From an uncultured Acidocella sp. (GTDB lineage Bacteria > Pseudomonadota > Alphaproteobacteria > Acetobacterales > Acetobacteraceae), in the NCBI GenBank assembly GCA_946222605.1, contig CAMIIE010000004.1:18141-82140 (forward strand): a stretch of DNA of 64,000 nucleotides. The letters are read 5' to 3'. This document shows, in pieces, positions 10,092 through 23,062 of this stretch (the first letter of the stretch is position 1; each line of letters begins with the position of its first letter). Made by a program: the position numbers and the translations under genes. Below the pieces are notes generated by a model. It was given only the letters and a program-made list of their open reading frames with translations, had not been told where the DNA came from and ran no database searches.

Positions 10092-10760
10092 TCAAAGCAG
10101 CGACGCGGCGATATTCACCGACAGCGCCAAAATCACCGTATTGAACAGAAACCCGATCAGCCCCTGCAAGGTCGCCAGCCGGCGCAGCTTCTTTGAGGTG
10201 ATGTCGCAGTCAGAGACCTGAAACGTCATCCCCAGCACGAAGGAGAAATACACGAAATCCAGATAATCCGGCGTCTCGTCCTGGGGGAAATCGATCCCGC
10301 CATCCACGCTCTTCGCGCCCAGATCGTAGGAATAATATTCATGCGCATAGCGATAGGCGAAGGTGAGGTGGGTCACCGCCCAGGAGAGGGCAAGCGTCAG
10401 CACCACAAACGCCAGATATGCCCCGGTGAAATGCGCCTTCTGGCTGGCGGCATGGGAGAACAGCACCAGCGATGAAAAACTCATCACCGCGCCCAGCAGC
10501 GTCAGGGTGAAGACCGTCCATTCCCCCTCCTGGTGGGTTTTCGCATCGGCGCTGATGTCACGGTCCTCACTGCGGAAGAACATCACCAGCGTGAAGACGA
10601 TATAAAGCAGGCTGCCCAGATCCCAGCCCGCCACCGCCCGCACCGCCGGGTGAAATGCCCCCAGCGCCTGCAACACCCCCCAGACCAGCAGCCCGGACCC
10701 ATAGCAAAGGCTGAAAAAGGGCCGGACGCGCAGGATCCGGTACAGGTTGAAGCGGTTCAT
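10092..10760 (-). CDS. DUF1345 membrane protein
   Basis: YAHEYY, FPQDETPDYLDFVYFSFVLGMTFQVSD, FNTVILAL. Confidence 0.88.
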   Translation of the reverse strand: MNRFNLYRILRVRPFFSLCYGSGLLVWGVLQALGAFHPAVRAVAGWDLGSLLYIVFTLVMFFRSEDRDISADAKTHQEGEWTVFTLTLLGAVMSFSSLVLFSHAASQKAHFTGAYLAFVVLTLALSWAVTHLTFAYRYAHEYYSYDLGAKSVDGGIDFPQDETPDYLDFVYFSFVLGMTFQVSDCDITSKKLRRLATLQGLIGFLFNTVILALSVNIAASLL

Positions 10761-10785
10761 GAACCAGGATTAGAGCGCGGCCGCA

Positions 10786-11112
10786 TCATTTTTCAAGGGC
10801 GGCGAGGGCGGGTGACAGCATCTTCACCTCGATCTCGATGAACGCCATCGGCGCGTCGCCGCCATTGCGCACATCATGCTGCACGCCGGGGTCGCGCGCA
10901 TAGGCATCGCCGGCCTTGCGGATGAAACGGTGCACGGTCTCGCCGTCATGCACCTCCTGCACCGCGTCGGTCAGCATCACCACGTAATAAGGCCAGCCAT
11001 GGCTGTGCCAGCCTGTCACCGCCCCTGGCTCGAAATCCCAGCGTGTGATCCGCAGCTGCGCATCGTCCTGTTGCACGGTTGAGGTGGCGGGAAGGGTGCA
11101 GGCGAAGGCCAT
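10786..11112 (-). CDS. Cupin domain protein
   Basis: FEPGAVTGWHSH and GVQHDVRN cupin motifs. Confidence 0.8.
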   Translation of the reverse strand: MAFACTLPATSTVQQDDAQLRITRWDFEPGAVTGWHSHGWPYYVVMLTDAVQEVHDGETVHRFIRKAGDAYARDPGVQHDVRNGGDAPMAFIEIEVKMLSPALAALEK

Positions 11113-11315
11113 GGAAACCTCTCAGGCTAGGGGTACGCCAGCTGTAACACGCCCCAAGCGCTTGAAAAGGCGCGGATGCGGCGAAAAGCGTCATAATCCA
11201 CACGCAAGCGGGGTTGCCAAATGCCCCGCTCTGGCTCAAAAGCCGGGCGAACAGCGCGGCCTGATCCAGGCGGCGCCGTATCTGTTTGACATTTTATCCG
11301 CCCGTGGAGGCATCG

Positions 11316-13397
11316 ATGGCTGATACTGACCTGAACAAGATCCGGAATATCGGGATCACCGCGCATATCGACGCGGGCAAGACCACCACCACGGAGCGCA
11401 TCCTTTACTACACCGGCGTGTCCCACAAGATCGGTGAAGTGCATGATGGCAACACCACCACCGACTATATGGCCCAGGAGCGTGAGCGCGGCATCACCAT
11501 CACCTCCGCCGCGGTGACCTGCGAGTGGAAAGACCACGCGATCAACATCATCGACACGCCCGGCCATATCGACTTCAACATCGAAGTGAACCGCTCGCTG
11601 CGCGTGCTCGACGGCGCCATCTTCATCATCGAGGGCGTGGCCGGCGTGCAGCCGCAGTCCGAGACCAACTGGCGCCTGGCCGACCGTTACAATGTGCCGC
11701 GCCTGATCTTCATCAACAAGCTGGACCGTACCGGCGCCGATTTCTATCGCGCCTTCGACACGCTGAAGGAGAAGCTGGACATCGTGGCGCTGCCGCTGCA
11801 GCTGCCCATCGGCATCGAGGAGAACTTCCTCGGCGTGGTCGATCTGGTCGAGATGAAGGCGATCATCTGGGAAGGCGGCGAGCTCGGCGCGAAGTTCCAT
11901 GATGAGGAAATCCCGGCCGACATGCTGGAGAAGGCCAAGGAGGCCCGCCAGCTCCTGCTCGACACCGCGCTGGCGGTCGACGATGCCGGCATGGAGGAAT
12001 ATTTCGAGAAGGGCGACGTTTCCGTCGAGACCCTGAAGCGCGCGATCAAGACCGGCACCATCTCCGGCGCCTTCCGCCCGGTGATGTGCGGCACCGCCTT
12101 CAAGAACAAGGGCGTGCAGCCGCTGCTGGACGGCGTGCTGGATTACCTGCCCTCCCCCGTGGACGTGCCGGGCATCAAGGTGGCACCCGAAGAGGGCCAG
12201 GAGGAAGATCCCAACGCGCGGCGCATCAAGGCCGACCCGAACGCCCCGTTCGCCGGCCTCGCCTTCAAGATCATCAACGACAAATACGGCTCGCTCACCT
12301 TCGTGCGCGTCTATGCCGGCACGTTGAAGTCCGGCGACTCGGTGCAGAACACCACCAAGGGCCACAAGGAGCGTATCGGGCGCATGTACAAGATGCATGC
12401 CGATAAGCGCCAGGAAATCACCGAGGTTTCCGCCGGTGACATCGCCGCCTTCGTGGGCCTGAAGGATACCGGCACCGGCGACACGCTGGCCGCCTCCGAG
12501 GACCCGGTGGTGCTGGAGCGCATGGCGTTCCCGGTCCCGGTGATCGACATCTCCGTCGAGCCGAAGACCAAGGAAGGCATCGAGAAGATGACCATCGGCC
12601 TGCAGAAGCTGGCGGCGGAAGATCCGTCCCTGCGTCTGAAGACCGACCAGGAAACCGGCCAGACCATCCTCTCGGGCATGGGCGAGCTGCATCTGGAAAT
12701 CATCGTCGACCGTCTGAAGCGCGAATATGGCGTGGACGCGAATATCGGCGCGCCGCAGGTGGCCTTCCGCGAGACCATCACCAAGGAGCACACCGAAACC
12801 TACACCCACAAGAAGCAGTCCGGTGGGTCGGGTCAGTACGCTGAGGTGAAGATCACCTTCACCCCGCGCGAGCGTAACGAAGGCATCGAGTTCGAGAACA
12901 AGATCGTCGGCGGCGCGGTGCCGAAGGAATATATCCCGGCCGTGGAAAAGGGCATCAAGAACCAGGCCGATACCGGCGTTCTGGCCGGCTTCCCGACCGT
13001 CGACTTCTCCTTCGCGCTGGTTGACGGCAAGTACCATGACGTCGACTCGAGCGCCCTGGCGTTCGAAATCGCCGCCAAGGCCTGCTTCCGTGAAGGCATG
13101 AAGAAGGCCGGCCCGGTCATCCTCGAGCCGATCATGGACGTGGAAGTCACCACCCCGAACGATCACGTCGGCGACGTGGTGGGCGATCTCAACCGTCGCC
13201 GCGGCATGATCCAGAACCAGGAAGCTTCCGGTTCCACCGTGATCGTGCGCGCGCACGTGCCGCTGAAGGAAATGTTCGGCTACATCTCGAACCTGCGTTC
13301 GATGACCAAGGGCCGCGCCTCCTTCACCATGCAGTTCCACCACTATGATCCGGTGCCGCGCAACGTGGCCGACGAGATCATGGCCAAGAGCGCGTAA
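11316..13397 (+). CDS. fusA: Elongation factor G
   Basis: [48 protein letters not shown] before ATG 11316. Confidence 0.97.
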   Translation: MADTDLNKIRNIGITAHIDAGKTTTTERILYYTGVSHKIGEVHDGNTTTDYMAQERERGITITSAAVTCEWKDHAINIIDTPGHIDFNIEVNRSLRVLDGAIFIIEGVAGVQPQSETNWRLADRYNVPRLIFINKLDRTGADFYRAFDTLKEKLDIVALPLQLPIGIEENFLGVVDLVEMKAIIWEGGELGAKFHDEEIPADMLEKAKEARQLLLDTALAVDDAGMEEYFEKGDVSVETLKRAIKTGTISGAFRPVMCGTAFKNKGVQPLLDGVLDYLPSPVDVPGIKVAPEEGQEEDPNARRIKADPNAPFAGLAFKIINDKYGSLTFVRVYAGTLKSGDSVQNTTKGHKERIGRMYKMHADKRQEITEVSAGDIAAFVGLKDTGTGDTLAASEDPVVLERMAFPVPVIDISVEPKTKEGIEKMTIGLQKLAAEDPSLRLKTDQETGQTILSGMGELHLEIIVDRLKREYGVDANIGAPQVAFRETITKEHTETYTHKKQSGGSGQYAEVKITFTPRERNEGIEFENKIVGGAVPKEYIPAVEKGIKNQADTGVLAGFPTVDFSFALVDGKYHDVDSSALAFEIAAKACFREGMKKAGPVILEPIMDVEVTTPNDHVGDVVGDLNRRRGMIQNQEASGSTVIVRAHVPLKEMFGYISNLRSMTKGRASFTMQFHHYDPVPRNVADEIMAKSA

Positions 13398-13445
13398 GCG
13401 CGGAACGCTTTAGCGAGAGCGCTTAAAGCCTTTCACCCAGACCAG

Positions 13446-13476
13446 AAAACGGCGCCTTCGGGCGCCGTTTTTTTTT
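13446..13476 (+). terminator. Rho-independent terminator after fusA
   Basis: AAAACGGCGCC-TTCG-GGCGCCGTTTT followed by a T run. Confidence 0.9.
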
Positions 13477-13524
13477 GGGCGATGCGGTTTGACAAGCCGA
13501 CTCCCGACACGGCAGAGACAGGCC

Positions 13525-14817
13525 ATGCAAGAATGCCGGACGGCGCAGACCAGCACGCAACCCGCATGGCGCCCCCGCGCCGGCTTCATCATCCTCATGC
13601 TGCTGGGCTTCGCGCTCGTCGTGCTGGTGCGGATGCCGCAGATCCTGGCGCAAGGCGGGCGCTTCTGGGCGGAAGAGGGCGTGGTCTATTTCGCCAATAG
13701 CTGGAACTGGCCCTGGTATCAGGCCTGGTTCGCCATCCATACCGGCTATATCAATTTCATCGCGGGGTTCGGCACCTGGCTGGGGCTGCAGCTGGGCGGG
13801 CTCGACCATGCGCCGCTGGTAACGGTGCTGCTGGCGCTGCTGGTGCAGGCGCTGGCCCCGTTCATCATCCTCACCCACGACTTTCCCTGGCGGCGCAGCC
13901 GGCTGGCCTGCATGGCGGCGGTGCTGCTCTGCGCGGTGCCGCCCGGCACCGCCGAGGTCTGGCTGAACACCATCACCAGCCAGTTCCATCTCGGCCTGGC
14001 GGCGGCGTTGATCCTCGCCGCCCCGCCCAGAACCAAGCGTCTGTTCGTGCTCGACGCGCTGGTGCTCGCCGTCGGCGTGCTCTCCGGCCCCGCCACCAGC
14101 TTCCTGCTGCCTTTGTTCCTGCTGCGCGGCGTGCTCACCCGCAGCCGGGTGATGCTGCTGTTCAGCCTGATCCTGCTTGTCGGGTTCGCGCTGCAGCTAG
14201 GCATCTATCTCACCCATCCGATGCCGTTGCGCAGCGGGCCGGTCTCGCTGGCGGCATTGCTGGCGGTGATCGCGCTGCACGGACCGGTCATGGCCTTCAC
14301 CGGCATGCATGGCGCCGCCGTCATCGGCCGCTGCTTCCTCGCCCTGGGCCAGACCCAGGCGCTGCTCTGGCCGCCGCTGTTGATCCTTGTCCTGTTCTAC
14401 GCGCTGCTGGGCTGGCTGGTGGCGGGGGCGCGCTTTGGCCGCGCCACGCTGGCGCTGCTGCTGGCGGCGCAGATCATCATCCTGTTCGTCTCGTTCGATA
14501 AATCCCTCTCGCCGGATTTCACCGACAGCATGGGGGCGGGCTGGGGCGGGCGCTATGCCTTCATCCCGCTGGTGTTGACCGGGCTGATCCTGACCGGCGC
14601 GGTCTGCACCACCAGCTGGGCCCGGCGCGCCGTGGCGTTTTTCGCCTTGCTGCTGGTGCTGGCCGTGGGGGTCAGCAATGACCGCACCGGCACCGCCATG
14701 TTCGCCAGCGGCCCGGCCTGGGGCCCGCAAGCCAAGGCCTGGCAGCTCCGTCACTGTAATTTCTTCAAAATCTGGCCCGGCAACACCGGCTGGATCGTCA
14801 TCCTCGGGCATCGATGA
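13525..14817 (+). CDS. Polytopic membrane protein, putative GT-C-type glycosyltransferase
   Basis: About 11-12 hydrophobic segments, RFWAEEG motif after TM1, late GGRYAF motif; ATGA overlap with the downstream GT2 gene. Confidence 0.55.
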   Translation: MQECRTAQTSTQPAWRPRAGFIILMLLGFALVVLVRMPQILAQGGRFWAEEGVVYFANSWNWPWYQAWFAIHTGYINFIAGFGTWLGLQLGGLDHAPLVTVLLALLVQALAPFIILTHDFPWRRSRLACMAAVLLCAVPPGTAEVWLNTITSQFHLGLAAALILAAPPRTKRLFVLDALVLAVGVLSGPATSFLLPLFLLRGVLTRSRVMLLFSLILLVGFALQLGIYLTHPMPLRSGPVSLAALLAVIALHGPVMAFTGMHGAAVIGRCFLALGQTQALLWPPLLILVLFYALLGWLVAGARFGRATLALLLAAQIIILFVSFDKSLSPDFTDSMGAGWGGRYAFIPLVLTGLILTGAVCTTSWARRAVAFFALLLVLAVGVSNDRTGTAMFASGPAWGPQAKAWQLRHCNFFKIWPGNTGWIVILGHR

Positions 14818-15974
14818 ACCCGATGCCCGAGCTCAGCATTGTCATGCCCTGCCTCAATGAGGCGCAGACGCTGCCGCTCTGCATCGCCAAGGCCAAAGCG
14901 TTCCTGAGCTCGCACGGCATCGAGGGTGAAATCGTCATCGGCGATAACGGCTCCAGCGACGGCTCGCAGGCGCTGGCGCGGGCTTTGGGCGCCAGGGTGG
15001 TGGAGGTGCCGCGGCGCGGCTATGGCGCGGCGCTGCATGGCGCGGTGAGTGCCGCGCGCGGGCGCTATTGCATCATGGGCGATTCCGACGACAGCTACGA
15101 TTTTTCCAAGCTGGCGCCGTTTCTGCAGGCGCTGCGGGGTGGCGCGGATTTGGTCATGGGCAACCGCTTTGCCGGCGGCATCAGCCCGGGGGCGATGCCT
15201 TGGAAGAATCGCTATCTCGGCAACCCGGTTCTCTCCGGGCTGGGGCGCTTCCTCTTCCGCACCCCGATCAAGGATTTCCATTGCGGCCTGCGCGGCTTCA
15301 GCCGCGACGCCTTCCTGCGCATGGATCTGCGCACCATCGGCATGGAGTTCGCCTCCGAGATGGTGATCAAGGCGGCATTGCTGGGCATGCGCATCGAGGA
15401 GGTGCCGACCACGCTGGAGAAGGATGGGCGCGCCCGCCCGCCGCATCTGCGCCCCTGGCGGGATGGCTGGCGGCATCTGCGCTTCATGCTGCTGTTCTCG
15501 CCGGCCTGGCTGTTTCTCTATCCCGGGCTCGGGCTGGCGCTGCTGGGGCTGGGGCTGGGCGGGGCGCTGATGACGGGGCCGCTGCGGATCGCCGGGGTGA
15601 GGCTGGATCTCGGGGCGCTGCTTTATTGCGTGACGATGGTGGAGCTGGGGGCGCAGGCGGTGATCTTCGCCTGGCTGGCGCGCGCATATACCATCCAGGA
15701 AGGGCTGCTGCCGGCCTCGCTGCGCATGCGCCGTCTGGAGCCGCTGGTGACGCTTGAAAACGGGCTGGTGCTGGGGCTGGGCCTATTGGGGCTCGGGCTA
15801 GGGCTGCTCGGCTGGGCGATTGCGATCTGGTCGCAGGCCGGGTTCGGCAATCTCGATGTCGGGCGGATCGCGCGCATCATCATGGGCTCGTCGCTGGCGC
15901 TGTCGCTGGGCATGGAGGTGCTGCTCTCCAGCTTCCTGCTCTCCACGCTGCGGCTGCATATCAGGGAAACCTAA
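14814..15974 (+). CDS. GT2 family (DPM1-like) glycosyltransferase with C-terminal TM helices
   Basis: SIVMPCLNEA, DNGSSDGS, GYGAAL, GDSDDSYD, DFHCGLRGF. Confidence 0.9.
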   Translation: MNPMPELSIVMPCLNEAQTLPLCIAKAKAFLSSHGIEGEIVIGDNGSSDGSQALARALGARVVEVPRRGYGAALHGAVSAARGRYCIMGDSDDSYDFSKLAPFLQALRGGADLVMGNRFAGGISPGAMPWKNRYLGNPVLSGLGRFLFRTPIKDFHCGLRGFSRDAFLRMDLRTIGMEFASEMVIKAALLGMRIEEVPTTLEKDGRARPPHLRPWRDGWRHLRFMLLFSPAWLFLYPGLGLALLGLGLGGALMTGPLRIAGVRLDLGALLYCVTMVELGAQAVIFAWLARAYTIQEGLLPASLRMRRLEPLVTLENGLVLGLGLLGLGLGLLGWAIAIWSQAGFGNLDVGRIARIIMGSSLALSLGMEVLLSSFLLSTLRLHIRET

Positions 15975-15997
15975 AGGCGGCCCGAAGGCCGCCTTTA
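15972..15997. terminator. Hairpin between convergent GT2 and alaS (likely bidirectional terminator)
   Basis: TAAAGGCGGCC-CGAA-GGCCGCCTTTA perfect inverted repeat. Confidence 0.7.
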
Positions 15998-16005
15998 TGG
16001 GTTGC

Positions 16006-18660
<2,655 letters not shown>

Positions 18661-18725
18661 GTGGGCTGGATTACAAGGCGGACGGGTTTTCGCCAAGCCC
18701 GCCCGCCGGCCGGGCGCAAAAAGGG

Positions 18726-18863
18726 CAAAAGTTTTTGGGGCGCCCTTTTTTCAAAAAGGGCGCGAAGAGACAAAAGGCCGGATCGCCCCCAGGGGGGCGT
18801 CCGGCCTTTTGTCAGGAAGGGGCGTTTTTGTAAAAACACCCCTTCAACCCCCAAAAAATTTTA
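18726..18863. repeat. Family A element, copy 2
   Basis: CAAAAGTTTTTGG...CCAAAAAATTTTA; contains T/A-apex hairpins and the GACAAAAGGCCGGATCGCCCCC..GGGGCGTCCGGCCTTTTGTC module. Confidence 0.88.
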
Positions 18864-19928
18864 ATCCTCAGCGCTGTCCTCGCCGCCATCGGCGGCCATC
18901 AGCGCCTCACCCAGCGTCGAAGACTGATCGCGGATCTTCTTCTCGATGCTTTCGGCCACTTTCGGATTGTCGCGCAGGAACTGCTTGGCATTCTCCCGCC
19001 CCTGGCCAATCCGCTGGCTGTCGTACGAGAACCAGGCGCCGGATTTCTCCACCACCCCGGCCTTCACCCCGAGATCCACCAGCTCGCCGGATTTGGAAAT
19101 CCCCTCGCCGAACATGATGTCGAACTCCACCTGCCGGAAGGGCGGGGCGAGCTTGTTCTTCACCACTTTCACCCGGACATGGTTGCCCGTCACCTCGTCG
19201 CGCTCCTTGATCGAGCCGGTGCGGCGGATTTCCATGCGGATGGAGGAATAGAATTTCAGCGCGTTGCCGCCGGTCGTCGTCTCCGGATTACCGAACATCA
19301 CGCCGATTTTCAGACGGATCTGGTTCAGGAAGATCAAAGTGGTGTTGGAGCGCGCCACCGAGCCGGTGATCTTGCGCAGCGCCTGGCTCATCAGCCGCGC
19401 ATGCAGGCCGACATGGCTATCGCCCATCTCACCTTCCAACTCCGCGCGCGGCACCAGCGCGGCGACCGAGTCGATCACCAGCACGTCGATCGAGCCGGAG
19501 CGCACCAGCGTATCGGCGATTTCCAGACCCTGCTCGCCGGTATCGGGCTGCGAAATCAGCAGATTATCCACATCCACGCCGAGCTTGCGGGCATAGACCG
19601 GGTCCAGCGCGTGCTCGGCATCCACAAAGGCGCAGACACCGCCGCGCTTTTGCGCCTCGGCCACGGCATGCAGCGCCAGGGTGGTCTTGCCCGAGCTTTC
19701 CGGGCCGTAAACCTCGATCACGCGGCCGCGCGGCAGGCCGCCAATGCCCAGCGCCAGATCCAGCCCGAGCGAGCCAGAGGAGATCACCTCGATCGCCTCA
19801 TTGCCGCCCTTGGCGCCCATGCGCATGATGGAGCCTTTGCCGAAGGCGCGCTCAATCTGCGCCATCGCGGCGTCGAGCGCCTTGTTTTTTTCGAGATCGG
19901 GTTTTGCCATCGTCGTCACTGTCGCCAT
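18861..19928 (-). CDS. recA: Recombinase RecA
   Basis: [43 protein letters not shown] before ATG 19928. Confidence 0.99.
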   Translation of the reverse strand: MATVTTMAKPDLEKNKALDAAMAQIERAFGKGSIMRMGAKGGNEAIEVISSGSLGLDLALGIGGLPRGRVIEVYGPESSGKTTLALHAVAEAQKRGGVCAFVDAEHALDPVYARKLGVDVDNLLISQPDTGEQGLEIADTLVRSGSIDVLVIDSVAALVPRAELEGEMGDSHVGLHARLMSQALRKITGSVARSNTTLIFLNQIRLKIGVMFGNPETTTGGNALKFYSSIRMEIRRTGSIKERDEVTGNHVRVKVVKNKLAPPFRQVEFDIMFGEGISKSGELVDLGVKAGVVEKSGAWFSYDSQRIGQGRENAKQFLRDNPKVAESIEKKIRDQSSTLGEALMAADGGEDSAED

Positions 19929-20095
19929 GAAAGGTGCCTCCGGAGCGTCCAACATCGACTCGATTTCTGTCAAACGAGCTTTTTTGCTTGCGGTGGATGC
20001 AACCATAGCGTGTTTTCCTGATCTTGCCATAGGGAATCGTTGAATCGCATCCTGGCATGGCGAGAACAAATTAGCAACATATCTGTTAATAATTT

Positions 20096-20110
20096 GTTCG
20101 TATTTTGTTC
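20096..20110. promoter_or_regulatory. Alphaproteobacterial LexA (SOS) box upstream of recA
   Basis: Perfect GTTC-N7-GTTC (GTTCgtattttGTTC); 1-mismatch GAAC-N7-xAAC sites at 20064-20078 and 20152-20166. Confidence 0.88.
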
Positions 20111-20265
20111 GGTAATTCTGGAGAAAATATTGCGGATACGTAATGTGATTAGAACATATTGGAAACTTGGATTCGCCCCCGTCTTTGATCCATTCCGGGA
20201 CAGGGTTTGACGGCACAGCGCGCCTCGCCATGCTGAGCCATCCAAAAGCAACAAGGCGAGGAAAA

Positions 20266-20694
20266 ATGAGCCAGACTTATCAAGGTGCGTGTTTTTGCGG
20301 GGCGGTGGAGCTGACCGTGAGCGGTGATCCGGAGGCGATGGGCTATTGCCATTGCCGCTCCTGCCGCTCCTGGTCGGGCGGGCCGGTGAATGCGTTTACG
20401 CTATGGAAGCCCGAGGCGGTGAAGGTGACCAAGGGCGGGAGCGACATTGCCACCTACGCCAAAACCGAGGCCAGCCATCGGCAATATTGCCGTCAATGTG
20501 GCGGGCATCTGATGACGGCGCATCCGGGCTTTGGGCTGGTGGATGTGTTCGCGGCCACCTTGCCGACGCTGGAGTTCAAGCCCGGCGTGCATGTGAACTA
20601 TGCCGAGACGGTGCTGCCGATGAAGGACGGCCTGCCCAAGCTAAAGGATTTTCCCGCCGAACTGGGCGGCAGCGGCGAAATGGCGCCGGAATAA
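20266..20694 (+). CDS. GFA/CENP-V family zinc-binding protein
   Basis: [20 protein letters not shown]. Confidence 0.9.
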   Translation: MSQTYQGACFCGAVELTVSGDPEAMGYCHCRSCRSWSGGPVNAFTLWKPEAVKVTKGGSDIATYAKTEASHRQYCRQCGGHLMTAHPGFGLVDVFAATLPTLEFKPGVHVNYAETVLPMKDGLPKLKDFPAELGGSGEMAPE

Positions 20695-20699
20695 AAGAG

Positions 20700-20754
20700 C
20701 AAAAGTTTTTAAGGGGTCTGGGGGGATTTTTACAAAAATCCCCCCAGCACTTTA
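20700..20754. repeat. Family A element, copy 3 (short, degenerate right end)
   Basis: CAAAAGTTTTT followed by CTGGGGGGATTTTTACAAAAATCCCCCCAG. Confidence 0.75.
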
Positions 20755-21981
20755 TTACAGCGCCCCGCCGCGGCGGCCGATGGACGCCCCCAGCCGCAGC
20801 CGCAGCGCATTGAGCTTGATGAAGCCTGCCGCATCCTGCTGGTTATACGCCCCGGCATCGTCCTCGAACGTCACCATGCGGGTATTATAGAGCGAATTCG
20901 GGCTCTCCCGCCCGGTGACGATCACATTGCCCTTATAGAGCTTCAGTCGCACCGTGCCGGTCACGGAAGCCTGCGACGTATCGATCAACGCCTGCAGCAT
21001 CCGGCGCTCCGGCGAGAACCAGAAACCGTTATAGATCAGCTCCGCATAGCGCGGCATGATGCTGTCCTTCAGGTGCCCGGCCTCGCGGTCCAGCGTGATG
21101 CTCTCAATGCCGCGATGGGCTGCCAGCAGGATGGTGCCGCCCGGGGTTTCGTACACGCCGCGGGACTTCATGCCGACGAAACGGTTCTCCACCAGATCCA
21201 GCCGGCCGATGCCATTGGCTTTGCCGTATTCGTTCAGGCGGGTGAGGATGGTGGCCGGGGAGAGCGCCTCGCCATTGATCCCCACCGCATCGCCATTCTT
21301 GAACGCGATGGTGATCTCGGTGACCTGATCAGGTGCGGCTTCCGGGGAGATGGTGCGCTGATACACGATCTCATCCGGCCCCACTGCCGGGTCTTCCAGA
21401 ACCTTGCCCTCGGAGGAGGAGTGCAGCAGGTTCGCATCCACGGAGAACGGCGCCTCGCCGCGCTTATCCTTGGCAATGGGGATCTGGTTCGCCTCGGCAT
21501 ATTCCAGCAGCCTGGTGCGCGAGGTCAGCTCCCATTCGCGCCAGGGTGCGATGACGCGGATATTCGGGTTCAGCGCGTAATAGCCAAGCTCGAAGCGGAC
21601 CTGGTCATTGCCCTTGCCGGTGGCGCCATGGGCGACGGCATCCGCGCCCACCATCTCGGCGATTTCGATCTGGCGCTGGGCGATCAGCGGCCGGGCGATG
21701 GAGGTGCCCAGCAGATACTGGCCCTCATACAGCGCATTGGCGCGGAACATCGGGAACACGAAATCCTTCACGAAGGTCTCGCGCAGATCCTCGATGAAGA
21801 TCTCCTTGATGCCGAACATCTCCGCCTTCTTGCGGGCCGGCTCCAGCTCCTCGCCCTGGCCGAGATCGGCGGTGAAGGTCACCACCTCGCACTTATAGGT
21901 GTTCTGCAGCCAGCGAAGAATGACCGAGGTGTCCAGCCCGCCGGAATAAGCCAGGACGACCTTTTTGACTTTCTGTTCCAT
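20755..21981 (-). CDS. argG: Argininosuccinate synthase
   Basis: [34 protein letters not shown]. Confidence 0.98.
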   Translation of the reverse strand: MEQKVKKVVLAYSGGLDTSVILRWLQNTYKCEVVTFTADLGQGEELEPARKKAEMFGIKEIFIEDLRETFVKDFVFPMFRANALYEGQYLLGTSIARPLIAQRQIEIAEMVGADAVAHGATGKGNDQVRFELGYYALNPNIRVIAPWREWELTSRTRLLEYAEANQIPIAKDKRGEAPFSVDANLLHSSSEGKVLEDPAVGPDEIVYQRTISPEAAPDQVTEITIAFKNGDAVGINGEALSPATILTRLNEYGKANGIGRLDLVENRFVGMKSRGVYETPGGTILLAAHRGIESITLDREAGHLKDSIMPRYAELIYNGFWFSPERRMLQALIDTSQASVTGTVRLKLYKGNVIVTGRESPNSLYNTRMVTFEDDAGAYNQQDAAGFIKLNALRLRLGASIGRRGGAL

Positions 21982-21990
21982 GCTGGCTGC

Positions 21991-22962
21991 TTATGACGCG
22001 GCGCGGCCGATGCCAAGGCTTGCCCAGCTCTTTCCCAGGGCCTGCCAGAATAATTTCAGCCCGGTCGCCTGCTGGGCGAGGTAGGAGCCGGAGACCAGCG
22101 CCGCGGGGGCGCGGGCATCGCCGGTGGGCAGATATTCGTCGCGGAAATCGGCGGTGCGGAAGATGATGTCCCAGACCGGGAACACCGAGGCGTAATTGCA
22201 GCTATGCCGCCCGGCGGCGCGCAGCCCATGATGGAAGCGGTGAAAGCGCGGCGAGACGAACACCCATTCCAGCGGCCCGAAGGAGGCGCGGATATTGGCG
22301 TGGCTGAGGCTTTCGATGAATTTCATCGCCATCAGCAGCAGCGGGAATTGCAGCGGCGGGATGCCGATGAGCAGCCCGATGGCGAAGAACCAGAAGAAGC
22401 TGATCACATCGTCCAGCAGATGGTTGCGGTCGTCGGACCAGAAGCTCATCTGCGTCTGCGCATGGTGCAGCGCGTGCAGCGCGTACCACCAGCGGAAGGA
22501 ATGGGAGAGCCGGTGGCGCCAGTAATCGGCGCAATCCAGGATCAGCGCATAGACCAGGAAGGTGATCAGCGGGTGCCCGAACAGGCCGGGCACCAGACTG
22601 TCCAGTGTGGGCGGGATGAAGCCATGCTCGACCAGCAAGCCGGTGGACCAGGTCTGCACCTGATAGAACAGCACGAAGGTGACGATGGGGGTGACGCCGA
22701 CGCGGTTGAGGAAGGTGTAGAACACATCCACCCACACCGCCTTGTTGTCCGGCCAGCGCTCCACCGGCCGCCAGGCCTCCAACGGCAGGCAGACCGCGTA
22801 GGTCACCAGCACCGCGAACATCCCGTAGACGCAGATCAGGCACCAATCGAAGGCGAGATCGTCCCAGGCCATCCAGTGCAGCCGGAACAGCACCGGCAGC
22901 ACCAGATACTGGTCCATATAGCCGGCGATGTTGGAGAAGAGACGATCGAGACCCATACCCAA
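21991..22962 (-). CDS. Sterol desaturase / fatty acid hydroxylase family membrane protein
   Basis: His boxes HRLSH, HALHH, HRFHH; multiple TM segments. Confidence 0.88.
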   Translation of the reverse strand: MGMGLDRLFSNIAGYMDQYLVLPVLFRLHWMAWDDLAFDWCLICVYGMFAVLVTYAVCLPLEAWRPVERWPDNKAVWVDVFYTFLNRVGVTPIVTFVLFYQVQTWSTGLLVEHGFIPPTLDSLVPGLFGHPLITFLVYALILDCADYWRHRLSHSFRWWYALHALHHAQTQMSFWSDDRNHLLDDVISFFWFFAIGLLIGIPPLQFPLLLMAMKFIESLSHANIRASFGPLEWVFVSPRFHRFHHGLRAAGRHSCNYASVFPVWDIIFRTADFRDEYLPTGDARAPAALVSGSYLAQQATGLKLFWQALGKSWASLGIGRAAS

Positions 22963-23062
22963 ACCCCATGCAGGACTGGCGGCAACCAGCCTTTATAGCG
23001 CCCGCCCGCCGCAAAAAGCGAGAGGGCAAAAGCCGTTGTTACAAAGGCTTAAATGCAAGCGC

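Noticed and set aside
19929..20231. 101-aa N-terminal extension of RecA in the ORF track
   Set aside because: Covers the AT-rich promoter with LexA boxes; a GGAGG RBS supports the start at 19928
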